Below, piece after piece: positions 40,415 through 58,150 of a stretch of 64,000 nucleotides of DNA. The notes beneath the pieces were generated by a model, which saw only the letters and a list, made by a program, of their open reading frames with translations, had not been told where the DNA came from and made no database searches. Each line of letters opens with the position of its first letter. The first letter of the stretch is position 1. A program made the translations under genes and the position numbers. Source of the stretch: Octopus vulgaris (taxonomy: Eukaryota); the NCBI GenBank assembly GCA_951406725.2, contig OX597823.1, forward strand, positions 98,146,001 to 98,210,000. Direction: 5' to 3'.

Positions 40415-40853
40415 TATTTTTGTTATTTTTTATTTGCCCTGTCCGTGTGAGCTAACAGTCGTACTGGCTTTCATGGGAAACATGTATTTCCGTGGTTGAA
40501 ACCTTTTGGATTAACTGGTGCTAGAGTGATCAATATAGTGACCACTCTCTTATATTTATTTTGTGAAAATATTATAATATGTTATAAAATATTATAATAA
40601 TCCAGGTTTCTCGTAGCACTAGGCCACTTGGTGTGGAATAAATATACTATTAAATTAGTATCTAATTCTCTCACCCTTATTAATTAATTATAATTATGCT
40701 GCATTTATTTCTAAATGCAGTATTTGTTTTCCGTGAGGGTTTGGCGCGCTGTTGGTTGGGGCATTTGAATTATAACGTTAGATGTAATCAATTGAACCAC
40801 ACGCGTATTTATCGTTATGGTAAAATCTGGCGTGTGATTGAGTGGATTTCATC

Positions 40854-40947
40854 CAGATAGTCTTGGCTGAAGAGCTACAAATGGATTATTGTAAGTAATA
40901 TTACATTTAATTCATTAATAGCGAAACAATTGTCCCAAAATAATCTG
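40854..40947 (+). ncRNA. type I hammerhead ribozyme, copy 2
   Basis: identical to copy 1 (+533). Confidence 0.85.
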
Positions 40948-41386
40948 TATTTTTGTTATTTTTTATTTGCCCTGTCCGTGTGAGCTAACAGTCGTACTGG
41001 CTTTCATGGGAAACATGTATTTCCGTGGTTGAAACCTTTTGGATTAACTGGTGCTAGAGTGATCAATATAGTGACCACTCTCTTATATTTATTTTGTGAA
41101 AATATTATAATATGTTATAAAATATTATAATAATCCAGGTTTCTCGTAGCACTAGGCCACTTGGTGTGGAATAAATATACTATTAAATTAGTATCTAATT
41201 CTCTCACCCTTATTAATTAATTATAATTATGCTGCATTTATTTCTAAATGCTGTATTTGTTTTCCGTGAGGGTTTGGCGCGCTGTTGGTTGGGGCATTTG
41301 AATTATAACGTTAGATGTAATCAATTGAACCACACGCGTATTTATCGTTATGGTAAAATCTGGCGTGTGATTGAGTGGATTTCATC

Positions 41387-41480
41387 CAGATAGTCTTGGC
41401 TGAAGAGCTACAAATGGATTATTGTAAGTAATATTACATTTAATTCATTAATAGCGAAACAATTGTCCCAAAATAATCTG
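41387..41480 (+). ncRNA. type I hammerhead ribozyme, copy 3
   Basis: identical to copy 1 (+1066). Confidence 0.85.
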
Positions 41481-41919
41481 TATTTTTGTTATTTTTTATT
41501 TGCCCTGTCCGTGTGAGCTAACAGTCGTACTGGCTTTCATGGGAAACATGTATTTCCGTGGTTGAAACCTTTTGGATTAACTGGTGCTAGAGTGATCAAT
41601 ATAGTGACCACTCTCTTATATTTATTTTGTGAAAATATTATAATATGTTATAAAATATTATAATAATCCAGGTTTCTCGTAGCACTAGGCCACTTGGTGT
41701 GGAATAAATATACTATTAAATTAGTATCTAATTCTCTCACCCTTATTAATTAATTATAATTATGCTGCATTTATTTCTAAATGCTGTATTTGTTTTCCGT
41801 GAGGGTTTGGCGCGCTGTTGGTTGGGGCATTTGAATTATAACGTTAGATGTAATCAATTGAACCACACGCGTATTTATCGTTATGGTAAAATCTGGCGTG
41901 TGATTGAGTGGATTTCATC

Positions 41920-42013
41920 CAGATAGTCTTGGCTGAAGAGCTACAAATGGATTATTGTAAGTAATATTACATTTAATTCATTAATAGCGAAACAATTGTC
42001 CCAAAATAATCTG
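41920..42013 (+). ncRNA. type I hammerhead ribozyme, copy 4
   Basis: identical to copy 1 (+1599). Confidence 0.85.
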
Positions 42014-42312
42014 TATTTTTGTTATTTTTTATTTGCCCTGTCCGTGTGAGCTAACAGTCGTACTGGCTTTCATGGGAAACATGTATTTCCGTGGTTGAAA
42101 CCTTTTGGATTAACTGGTGCTAGAGTGATCAATATAGTGACCACTCTCTTATATTTATTTTGTGAAAATATTATAATATGTTATAAAATATTATAATAAT
42201 CCAGGTTTCTCGTAGCACTAGGCCACTTGGTGTGGAATAAATATACTATTAAATTAGTATCTAATTCTCTCACCCTTATTAATTAATTATACATATATAT
42301 ATATAGATATAC

Positions 42313-42704
<392 letters not shown>

Positions 42705-42952
42705 GCATATATATATATATATACATGCATATATATATACGTACAAACAAATGTATATACATACATATATATATATACGTATATATATACATACACACAC
42801 ACATATATATATACATATATATACGTATATATATACATACACACACACATATATATATACATATATATACATACGTATATATATACATAGACACACACAT
42901 ATATATATATACATATATATACATACGTAAATACGTATATATATATATATAT

Positions 42953-45036
42953 ATGTTAATAAAATAGAACATATGCATATATATAAACATATATGTACGT
43001 ACCTACCTCTACATGTACATATACACGCATATATGTGTACAGGACACCAAAAAGACGTCGAACACATAGAGAGACGAAAAACATAGACACAAACCAAGGA
43101 ACAGGACAAGCAAAAAAGAAAAAAAGAGAGATACAGGACAATAAGCACAACGAAAAATCCCCTTCTTCAGTCGCTAAGGTTTCATCTACTCTACGTTTCG
43201 AAGGATAAAAGCGAGACGTATACTTCGAAGAAACTTCCTTCCTGCGAAAAGCAAATCAATTAAAATTCTGAGATCTTTTCGCAGAGGGGTAAAAAATGGT
43301 AAAAAAAGCAAGACGGTAACGACAGTACAAACATATAAACAGTAAAAAAAAAAAAATTATATATAAACAGTGGAAAAATAAATATATAACAGTAAGAGAC
43401 AGGACAAGGAGAACAAGATAAGAAGGGCTGTTTACGCCAGACGAAAAAAGTAATGCAAACGCTGGATTATAGTGGACGACGAGAGAGAAAGAATGTCGAC
43501 CAGTGGCCTTAGAAGGCGGGTGAGAAAAGACAGGATAGCAGTTACGACGGAAGTATCGTCGCAGATGGACGACGGGAATGGGGGAGGAGGAGCAAGAGGA
43601 AGAGAGAGAAGAAGGGGAATGGTGCGAGGAGACCATGAAGAATGGTGAGGGGGAGAGAGAGAATGAAGAATGAGAGAGAGAGGAAGAGACAAGTTAAGTG
43701 AGGGAAAAAGGACGAAAAAGGGAATGGGAGAGAAAGAAAGAAAGATGCAGAGTCGCGTGAGAGTTAATATCAAGGCATTGATAAACAGAACAATCTTACT
43801 TAATAGGGTGCGTGCGTTTAGTCGTATATGTTAATAAAATAGAACATATGCATATATATAAACATATATGTACTACCTACCTCTACATGTACATATACAC
43901 GCATATATGTGTACAGGACACCAAAAAGACGTCGAACACATAGAGAGACGAAAAACATAGACACAAACCAAGGAACAGGACAAGCAAAAAAGAAAAAAAG
44001 AGAGATACAGGACAATAAGCACAACGAAAAATCCCCTTCTTCAGTCGCTAAGGTTTCATCTACTCTACGTTTCGAAGGATAAAAGCGAGACGTATACTTC
44101 GAAGAAACTTCCTTCCTGCGAAAAGCAAATCAATTAAAATTCTGAGATCTTTTCGCAGAGGGGTAAAAAATGGTAAAAAAAGCAAGACGGTAACGACAGT
44201 ACAAACATATAAACAGTAAAAAAAAAAAAATTATATATAAACAGTGGAAAAATAAATATATAACAGTAAGAGACAGGACAAGGAGAACAAGATAAGAAGG
44301 GCTGTTTACGCCAGACGAAAAAAGTAATGCAAACGCTGGATTATAGTGGACGACGAGAGAGAAAGAATGTCGACCAGTGGCCTTAGAAGGCGGGTGAGAA
44401 AAGACAGGATAGCAGTTACGACGGAAGTATCGTCGCAGATGGACGACGGGAATGGGGGAGGAGGAGCAAGAGGAAGAGAGAGAAGAAGGGGAATGGTGCG
44501 AGGAGACCATGAAGAATGGTGAGGGGGAGAGAGAGAATGAAGAATGAGAGAGAGAGGAAGAGACAAGTTAAGTGAGGGAAAAAGGACGAAAAAGGGAATG
44601 GGAGAGAAAGAAAGAAAGATGCAGAGTCGCGTGAGAGTTAATATCAAGGCTAACTTGATAAACAGAACAATCTTACTTAATAGGGTGCGTGCGTTTAGTC
44701 GTATAATATGTTAATAAAATAGAACATATGCATATATATAAACATATATGTACGTACCTACCTCTATATGTACATATACACGCATATATGTGTACAGGAC
44801 ACCAAAAAGATGTCGAACACATAGAGAGACGAAAAACATAGACACAAACCAAGGAACAGGACAAGCAAAAAAAGAAAAAAAGAGAGATACAGGACAATAA
44901 GCACAACGAAATATCCCCTTCTTCAGTCGCTAAGGTTTCATCTACTCTACGTTTCGAAGGATAAAAGCGAGACGTATACTTCGAAGAAACTTCCTTCCTG
45001 CGAAAAGCAAATCAATTAAAATTCTGAGATCTTTTC
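42953..45036. repeat. ~875-880-bp tandem array (2.4 copies), with a further partial copy at 47514-47776
   Basis: atgttaataaaatagaac recurs at 42953, 43828, 44708; duplicated ORFs offset by 874; flanked by (TA)n. Confidence 0.95.
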
Positions 45037-49180
<4,144 letters not shown>

Positions 49181-49334
49181 CATTTTTGAACTCTTGAACT
49201 TTTTAGAATCTTCTCCATCCAACCAATTTTGACGTGACTGCTTATAACGGAATATTTTAAAGAAACACTCATTATCACTATGGACTCCGTGTGGGCAGTC
49301 ATCTAAAAGTTTTTGTTCGTCATGATGCTGACAT

Positions 49335-49439
49335 AAGTTCCTTGTCTTTCCTGATGAGAAGGCGGCTTAATGCACCCTTTATTCCTTCGGAATTAAGAAT
49401 ATGGAGTCTTCGAAAAATATGTCGAGAATAAAGGAATTT
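49335..49439 (+). ncRNA. type I hammerhead ribozyme (one stem III mismatch)
   Basis: aagttcctt-gtc-tttc-CTGATGA-gaaggc...gtcttc-GAAA-aatatg-TC-gaga-ata-aaggaattt. Confidence 0.72.
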
Positions 49440-49469
49440 TGTTAAATCGTCGTTCGACTCCATTCTTTC

Positions 49470-49545
<76 letters not shown>

Positions 49546-49636
49546 CAGTGAATTTATGGAATGAGGTCCTATAAAACTCATCAATTTAGTTAACAATGGA
49601 GGAGACAAGTTGTTAAAATATATATAGGATGTTTAA

Positions 49637-49742
49637 TTCTTGGAGACAATCGTTTCGTACAGAGATATAATAATAATAATGTAAATTCATGACTGAATTA
49701 AATTAAATTAATTAAATATCAACGTACTCTTCAGTGCAGGAA
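49637..49742 (-). ncRNA. type I hammerhead ribozyme (stem I partly decayed)
   Basis: minus strand ttcctgca-CTGAAGA-gtac...gtac-GAAA-cgattg-TC-tccaagaa. Confidence 0.68.
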
Positions 49743-50100
49743 GTAAAAACCACAATACAAAGAACTTGAGAAGGAATATAGCAGAAAAATTGAATCTAGG
49801 AGACTCATATTTTTATCTGCGTGAGAGAGATGTGAGTCATGTCAGATATTTAACTATAACTAACGGCTACAACAGATATTTGAAAGTATAAGTAAAGAGG
49901 TATTACAGACGTTCCCTCTATAGATGAGCATGGAAATTAGAGATTTAAACTCCAAATAAGTAGCGTAGGGAAAATATGTATTAGAGATGGAAAGACACTC
50001 CTTGGTTTGAATTAAAAGATGAGCTAACCGTTGAAATCATTATGCAGTATCACCTCTTCACGTTAGAAATTAAAAAAAAAAAAACAAACATTATACTCAG

Positions 50101-50177
<77 letters not shown>

Positions 50178-50180
50178 CAT

Positions 50181-50317
50181 AAGACGGGCTTCTTTCCGTT
50201 TCCGTCTACCAAATCCACTCACAAGGCTTTGATCGGTCCGCAGCTATAGCAGAAGACACTTGCGCAAGGTGCCACGCAGTGGGACGGAACCCGGAACCAC
50301 ACAGCCACTCCTGCGCC
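50181..50317 (-). mobile_element. SINE family B 5' part
   Basis: reverse complement ggcgcaggagtggctgtgtggttccgggttccgtccc...gatttggtagacggaaac. Confidence 0.8.
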
Positions 50318-50352
<35 letters not shown>

Positions 50353-50769
50353 TATATATATGCATATATACACACATACACACACACTGTTGTGTCTGGG
50401 GAGAATCATTCTCTTTTAGTGCCTCATAATTTAACGCACTCACCGATAAAGTTTCCACTCATTTACTTGTCTATTTTTCAAACATTTTCGTTGTCTTGCA
50501 ACCTTTCCAATAGTTGTTGACTCTGTCCGTTATCCGAGCTGCACTCTTTTAGTTTGTTTGTGTGCATGTATGTGGGTCAGTGTGTGTGCGCATACACATC
50601 TATGTATGTCTGTATGCATGCATGTAAGTGTGTGTATGCATGTATGTATGTGTGTGTGTGCGTATGTATATATGTATGTGTGTTCGTTTGTATGTATGCA
50701 TTCTCCATATTCATGTGTTTGAGTGTGTGTGTTTGTGTGTTTGGGCTAGATAACCCTAACCCTAACCCC

Positions 50770-51420
50770 ACCCACTATGCAAATCCTATGAAACGAAGAA
50801 ACATGTACAGAACTTCATGCACTGCATGCAGTTCTCTGGATATGATCAGAAAGATGGGAGATGGGTATACAGGGGTGCTACAATCAAGTTAGATAACATA
50901 GAAGCAAAGACTGGATTAGAATACAAAGAGCTTGTGACAAAGAAAACAGGGTGAACACGTGGTATAAAACCGACAAATATCAAGGACTGATGTTTGTAGA
51001 GGTCACAGCCCACGGAGAACTAGCCCGTAAACTCAGGAGAGCTCTGAAGAAGACGAAACTCAACATTAAGTTTGTTGAAAAGCCAGGGAATTCCATCAGA
51101 TCACAACTATGTAGGACGTATCCCCTTTGAGAATACAATATTCACCAATGATAACTGCATGGTATGCAGGATTATCCCTGGCATTAATTGTCGAACTAGA
51201 AATGTAGTCTACAGCATAAGATGCATAGAAGGTACTTGTAAAGACACGAACATGACATACACAGGGGAGGCATCTAGGAGCATTGAGGAAAGACTAAATG
51301 AACATTTGATACAATATGACGACAAAAAATAGTCTCTCCATACTCTACCAACATGTCAAGGACCAGCATGGAGGCAACCTGGGTCAACTTGACATCCACA
51401 TTTTATCAATAAGGTGTCGT
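50770..51420 (+). mobile_element. Penelope-like retroelement remnant with GIY-YIG endonuclease
   Basis: MFVEVTAHGELARKLRR...KFVEKPG, frameshift, then CRTRNVVYSIRC...C...YTGEASRSIEERLNEH. Confidence 0.85.
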
Positions 51421-51854
51421 TAGACACAAAACAGTTAAACACAGTTACAGACAATTGACATCTACAATAGAAAAGAATCCAATGATAAAGGTATTTAAGA
51501 ACGAATAGTTTATCTGAATAAAAATGCGAAATGTAGCGTATGGCAACCTGTTACAAGGTAGCAGTTCCAGAGTTTAGCATATCATTAGGATTGCGGAAAA
51601 CAAAGTCTGATCAGAATTTTTAAAACAAAAATCCGGCAAATGAAAGTGGCAGCGATATTAAAAAAATCTCTACACGCTTGGTAAAAACGCAGATCATGTT
51701 AATTAATCTTCAGCCTGGTCTCCTAGCTTGTCTTACTAGCAAAGAAAGTAAGTCTTCTGTTCGCAATACCAAATGGTTTGTAGATATAAGAGAATATGTA
51801 ACCGCATCTAATTCATCCAACAATATGCAAAATAAAGTTTACATTTATAATTGA

Positions 51855-52221
51855 CTAGCAGTATCGCCCGGCGTTGCTCGGGTTTGTAAGGGAAATAACT
51901 ATAAAGCATTTTTAGAGAGTTATAGCCAAAAAATGGAAAAAAATTATGGTAAATTTTTTTTAGTTAAAAAGGTCGAGTTGCGTCCCCTAGCAGTCTGTGG
52001 TTTGTGTTTCTGATTCTCGACCCCATGTCGAATTTATCGATTTTTTCAGAACTGGGGGAACTTTTCAAAATTTTCGCTGCGTTAGTTTTGAATTATGACA
52101 TTGGGCTATGTGGGTGTCAAGTTTCATCAGAATCGGTTGAAAGCCGTGGTCAGGGTGAGGGTACAACCTAACAGACACACAGAAACACACACAGACAAAC
52201 TGCCGTTTATATATAGAGAGA
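51855..52221 (-). mobile_element. non-autonomous Helitron
   Basis: minus strand starts TC after A, subterminal hairpin cccgagcaacgccggg, ends CTAG before T. Confidence 0.85.
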
Positions 52222-53383
52222 TTATATTCATTCAAGAGCCGACCTTTAAAACACTTTGAAAGTATTTTTCGATAGGCATACTAAGTTCGAGTAATAAATT
52301 GTTCTATGGAACTTTTCAATCTGGAAATGTCGCAAGTCTATAGTTAATTTGGACACGTTTTTTTTTTCTGAACGTATACTGAAGACCTTTTAGTTTTGTG
52401 TGAGTGAATGTGAGTCTCTAGGGAAGAGGTAGTACTACTAAAAAATATCTGGTCACTTCGTTTTTGCCTGAACCATAACAATTATTTTTATGGATCTATA
52501 TGATTGAATGACCAATGCATATAGATAAGCTATCATGTGGAGTGGGTGTGCAAGGAAATGAATACAAGGGTTACACTAATTATTTTAATATATTTAAAGC
52601 TTAGTATTTACCTGCTAGATGACGTGTTTGAGACATTTAGAATGTTAACCCTGGAAGATGATATTTTAAACACGATAAATTATGTTAGCATACACTCCTT
52701 CACTATGAATTCCACCCTTAAGGAAACCCAAATAAGCCTCTCACTCCTCAATAATCCAAGACAGTAATTCTAAGTGAAACGACTTCTATTAACGAACTTC
52801 TAGGAACCGCTACTACCCCACGATACACTAGAAATTGACAATTTGTCTTTATTAATCAATGGTCTTTTGTATGTAGACTTAACAAGATTTACCTGCAGAA
52901 CTTTTCGAAAAGAGAAATGTCGTAGGTCTATGAAAGCGCCCATCTATTCGAATTTACTGAAGAGCGAAATTAAATGGAGGGTCCTTCCTTTGTTGACCCC
53001 GTTTTCTTTTTAAAGCAAACTCCAAAACTCCAAAACTACTTAGAGTATAAATTTAATGCTTTCCCTTGGTACGCAACCTATTATAATATAATTTAAATTT
53101 ATTATAATATAAATATTAACCTATTATAATATAAATTTGCTTGTGATCAAACGAAAAAAATGTGACTATATTAGTTTAAACTTGTTACCTGTATTACAGT
53201 TTTCTTTAACAATATAGGGTTAAAGTTGAAACTGTATACAGTAAAATGTCTCGGTCCTGATATCGTTTAATGAAAATGGCGAGCATCATGGCGTCTATAA
53301 CATATTAGCAATAGTAATACGAACGAATCAGATTTATGAGAAAAATAACAATTAAGCTCAATTAAAGTACGGTAGATTTAATA

Positions 53384-53990
53384 CCCTCTTGGGTATACTT
53401 AGCTCTTCAAGATCTTTAATCCTTGTTGCTATGACCACCTTTCGTATTAGAGGATTAATTTCTGTTAAACATAAATGTTTTTGCGTTTGGTTGCACAAAG
53501 GATTTTGGATTGGAAAAACGATGAAAGTCCCACGGGTATTTTGTATCGTTGCAATTTAAGATTGACTTTAATTAAATTGTTAAAAATATCAGAAATGCAA
53601 GCGATATCTGTTTCTCTGCTTTCAAGATTCTCACATACTGTTTCATCCATCACCCTTCAATATGCATTATAAAAGGCCCAAATTCTTCGCTTTTTTTGCG
53701 ACAAATCTGACGAAATTAAAACCTGTGATTAACGGGTGAGCTATAATCTTAGTCATGACTTTGTTTAGAACTTGTAAAGTTTCACACAAAGCTTCACAAA
53801 GATTCTTTGCAGCAAAATACTGTCTATATTTATTTATTAATATCCGGCAAAAATATAATAAGTCTACACTTTCACAGTTGTTATTCAATTTGATTACCGT
53901 AATTCATTTAATTGAAACTATTTTAGATCTCAGATGTATTTCTAGACTGGAACAACCTCGAGCATTCAGTCATTCATAAAAACTGAAGAT
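53384..53990 (-). pseudogene. decayed hAT (Buster/ZBED8-like) transposase fragment
   Basis: YRQYFAAKNL...IIAHPL and DIACISDIFNNLIKVNLKLQ resemble HRQ.LAAK and D.AYL.DIF..LN.LNL.LQ motifs. Confidence 0.65.
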
Positions 53991-54074
53991 GACATTTTCT
54001 GCTTGTTGTCACTCGCGAGCGAGTATGACCTGGCAGCATATATCATGCTTTACTATTTAGTTTAGGTGCCTAAA

Positions 54075-54303
54075 GGCGGCGAGCTGGCAGAAACGTTAGC
54101 ACGCCGAACGAAATGCGTAGCCTATTTCGTCTGTCGTTACGTTCCGAGTTCAAATTCCACCGAGGTCGACTTTGCCTTTCATCCTTTCGGGGTCGATAAA
54201 TTAAGTACCAGTTACGCACTGGGGTCGATGTAATCGACTTAAATCCCTTTGTCTGTCCTTGTTTGTCCTCTCTGTGTTTAACCCCTTGTGGGTAGTAAAG
54301 AAA
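54075..54303 (+). mobile_element. full-length SINE family A
   Basis: head, B-box-like and core motifs; TSD-like tatttagtttaggtgcct/tatttattttaggtgtct. Confidence 0.88.
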
Positions 54304-54638
54304 TATATTTATTTTAGGTGTCTATGTAATCGCGAGCAGACATAAACATCTACTTGTCTCCCTGAGTCGTCTTTGTCTTGTTGCCAAAATCGTTAAATAA
54401 GTCTCGGCAACAAGGCAAAGACGACTCTTATGGAAATTCAGTTGATTATGTAGTAATGGTTCTCAACTTCCTGTTGCTCAGCGATCTCTTTTATTCTTAT
54501 TCTTCTGCTTATACCGTATAGCATCAGGCTTTTTACGACATCCCTTCCACCCAAAAAAGAAAAACCAGAACAAATTATTTTAATGAAACAGGATCTAGTT
54601 TTGCGTTGTGGTTTATTAACCATATTTTCTTATAATAT

Positions 54639-55743
54639 TGTTACGCCGCCACTCAGGCCCACGATGCCACCACGGGCCCTAGCGTGCGGCGCGTGCGCTC
54701 AGTAAACCGGAAAATCCACCACGGGAAGGCGGGAAGGCAGCGAACGCAACCAGGACCAAGAACAACAACAAAGAAGGAGACATAGACAGGCGTTGCGTAA
54801 TTCAGCAAATTTTTTTTTTAACAAAACAAAAGCATTCACAACAAAGGTTAACAAATCATGTAACATTTGACACAATACAGTTCGATTTTCCAAAACACAT
54901 CATTTACATTTAAACAATACAGAGTCGATTCTTCCAAAACAAATCATTTACGTTTAACACAAAGTTCGTTTTTTTTCTCCTTTAACACAATTAAGTCTCT
55001 TAAAGTTCCACTTTTCTTTTCTTTTCTCTCTCTCTTCTTCTAACACAGAGAGTTCGTTCTCAAAGACCCCTTTCCCTTTCTTTTCAACAGTCTTTCCGCT
55101 TTTTTAAAACATTTACAAGTTCTCTTTCTTTTTCTTTTCTTTTCAACAGTTTACGTCACAGAGTCCCTTCCTTTTTTTTTTTTTTACATTTGAATGCTTC
55201 TCTTTATTTTACATTTAAACATCAAAGTTCAAAACACAGAAAAACATTTACCGTCTGCAACATTTTTTAAACTTCACAACTCTTACTACAACAACTTGCC
55301 TGGCCGCTCGATTGTCATCTCTCTCACTGACCGTCTCTCGTCCCCATCATCTCCAACTACACCTGTTTGTCTCTGGCCGTCATCATCTCTAACTCACTCC
55401 CTTGTCCGATCTCCGCTCACACTGACCCCTTGTACGGTCCTCCGCTGACTGACTAGCAACTTAGAGCTACCCGTATATATAACGTCGTCCCGCTAGAAAA
55501 AGAGACATACCGTAAGTCAACAGCGTGTAACTCCTTTCCCAACATTTTAATTTTTTAAAAATCTTTCCGTGACCGTAGAGGGCCAGAGTTCAAGTGCCTA
55601 CGGCCATTAATAATCGTGCTCCTTGATAGGACAAAGGAAATACCACTGTCCTGAACAACTGGAGCGCCGGTTCGATTCCAACTAATGGAACAAGGGGCAT
55701 AATGTTTTTTTGTTCGTTTACATTTTCCTTGGCGTTCGTAACA
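54639..55743. mobile_element. solo LTR (1105 bp)
   Basis: perfect TGTTACG...CGTAACA termini with 4-bp TSD atat; no coding content. Confidence 0.85.
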
Positions 55744-56257
55744 ATATTCTATTCAGCATATGCATCTTTTTATTTGAGATATTTGCATGAACTGGTGACC
55801 TTATGTTAAACTTTTTTTATGGATGTTAATAAAGAAGGCGAGTATTTATACGGCATCATATTTAGATTTATAGTAATTGTGCAAAGAACAACATTACTAT
55901 TTAAATTTTAATTAAATTTGCGTAGACTAGTGTCACCTACATTAAGTTTTTATGAAAATTTTTGAAGAAGGCGGGGAATTACAAAGCGAAATTCTATTTA
56001 CATTTATGATATTTGTGCAGGCAAAGAAATAAGAGTCAAGAACATTACTATTCAAATTTTAATTAAAATGCTATAAGATTTATGCAGGTATTAAACAACC
56101 AAACACATATATTAGTATTAGGCTATATTTAAGGTAAAATAATTTAAGATATTCAAGATAATTTAAGATCCAACAAATTATATTCTACAACAATAAATAC
56201 TGGTTACTGTGTCTTGCTGAGATTTTGATTTAAAAATATAGCTTCAATATTTGACTG

Positions 56258-56673
56258 GGATCTTTTCGGTTTGAACGGCAGTTTTTTAAAATAATTTCCA
56301 CGTAACTAAACACTTTTAAACTTCGTATACTGGTAGAATGTGTTTATAAAACATCTTTTTCTCTTGGCTTTATTGAGAAAATTCTATAGTTTGTAAGATA
56401 TTTGTTGTTGTTTTTCTTCAATTTCTCCAATTTCAACCAATCAATGACGTCTATTGAGGTGAAAACATTCTGTGCCGTATGAATATGTCCCTCGTTTAAG
56501 AAACAGATTGGGTTTATTTACATTTGTGAAGAAAAAAAGATACCCTTCCCCCACCCCTAACCCTAGCCCTAAAACAGATTGAAATGCAATAGATCGATAC
56601 TAGGGTCATAATTATGGGTGACAATTTCATATGACACCGCTAGAAAAAACTGCCGTTCAAACCGAAAAGATCC
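56258..56673. mobile_element. Merlin-like MITE
   Basis: perfect ~30-bp TIR ggatcttttcggtttgaacggcagtttttt; 8-bp TSD tttgactg/ttggactg. Confidence 0.85.
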
Positions 56674-56939
56674 TTGGACTGAGCTTCAGAGTTACCCTTT
56701 TACATATTTGAATTCTACTTCGTTGTTAACTCCTACTATGTATACTATGCTTAACCTTAATCAGGTAAAGAGAAGGAAACTCTAACATCTTCAATTTTAC
56801 TTTCTTTCGAAGACAAGAACGTTTATTTTGCTGCTTATACCCTATAACACTAGGTTTTCAAAGTGATTTTGCAAGTTCATTAATTCTTCAGACAAATCTG
56901 GAATAATTTTGTTTGCATTAACTTAAAACTGATTCACAG

Positions 56940-57380
56940 CCCTCTTGGGTATTTTCAGCTCTTCAAAATCTTAAAATTTGGTTCCCATGGCCAACTTCAG
57001 TAATGGAAGATGATTCATTTCTGTTAAACGTAAATGTTTATGCAACGTTTCCACAAATACTTTTGGACAGGGAAAGTCATGGAAGTCTCAGAAGTATCTT
57101 GTTTCCTTTCATTATAACATTGACTTCAACCGAATTGTTAAAAATATTAGAAGGCGAACAACATTTATTTTTCTTCTTTCAAGATTACTGCATTGTTTCA
57201 TCCATTTCATTTTAGTATGCATTAAAAGATGTCCAAATTCTTCTTCTTTTCTGTGATAAAGTTGACAAACTAAAGCATGTATTTAACGGATGAGCTATAA
57301 TCATTTTCATGGCCTTAGTAAAATTCATACAATGTATCTAAGATTCTTTGCACATGCATTCTTGACCCTGCAAAAAGTCC
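56940..57380 (-). pseudogene. second decayed hAT transposase fragment homologous to 53384-53820
   Basis: colinear similarity starting ccctcttgggtat...agctcttcaa...tttctgttaaac. Confidence 0.65.
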
Positions 57381-57397
57381 AAGATGTGACAGCTGGA

Positions 57398-57521
<124 letters not shown>

Positions 57522-57994
57522 GAGAAGTGCACCAGCACTCGGCTATATCAGTGGAGTACATTGGAATAATGTGAAATGAACTGCTGTGTTCAAGGACACA
57601 ATGCGCCGCATAGTCTAGGGATTGAACCTGCGACCTTATAATCGTGAGTCCAACATATTAACTACAAGGCTTGCAGCTTCACTATATTTACTTTTTAGAT
57701 CTAAAAGAAGTAAATCGTGAACATCGGAGTTTGGTGCAGCGTTAGGCATATTTTTGTTCTTCGAATTCACCATGCCTCTCTTAAAAACAGAAGAAAAAAT
57801 CCATCAAAACTTGTTTTGAAAATGTTTTTAAAAGTATTGTATGGGCTTAAATATTTTATTTCTAAGAAAAATTACGACCCCTCTGAACATCTAACGCCCT
57901 ATAGAGCACCACCTTGTGAGTTCACAATCTATCATCCAGATAAAGAACCAGTGTAAAGAGAGGAAAACGAAAGTAAATATTTTGATACATTCGG

Positions 57995-58150
57995 TCTTAT
58001 GTTCTGAGTTCAAATGTCACCGAGGTCGACTTTGCCTTTTATCTTTTCGGGGTCAGTGAAATAAGAACCAGTTGAGGACTGGGGTCGATGTAGTCAACTA
58101 GCCCCTCCCCCACTCATCCAAAATTTCAGGCCTTGAGCCTATAATAGAAA
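57995..58150 (+). mobile_element. 5'-truncated SINE family A
   Basis: gttctgagttcaaat...cgaggtcgactttgcc...ggggtcgatg. Confidence 0.75.

Noticed and set aside
43150-43230. Type II hammerhead on the minus strand of the 875-bp unit (GAAACGUA...CUGAAGA)
   Set aside because: Stem II is only 4 bp with two G-U pairs and no stem I forms; not called as a ribozyme
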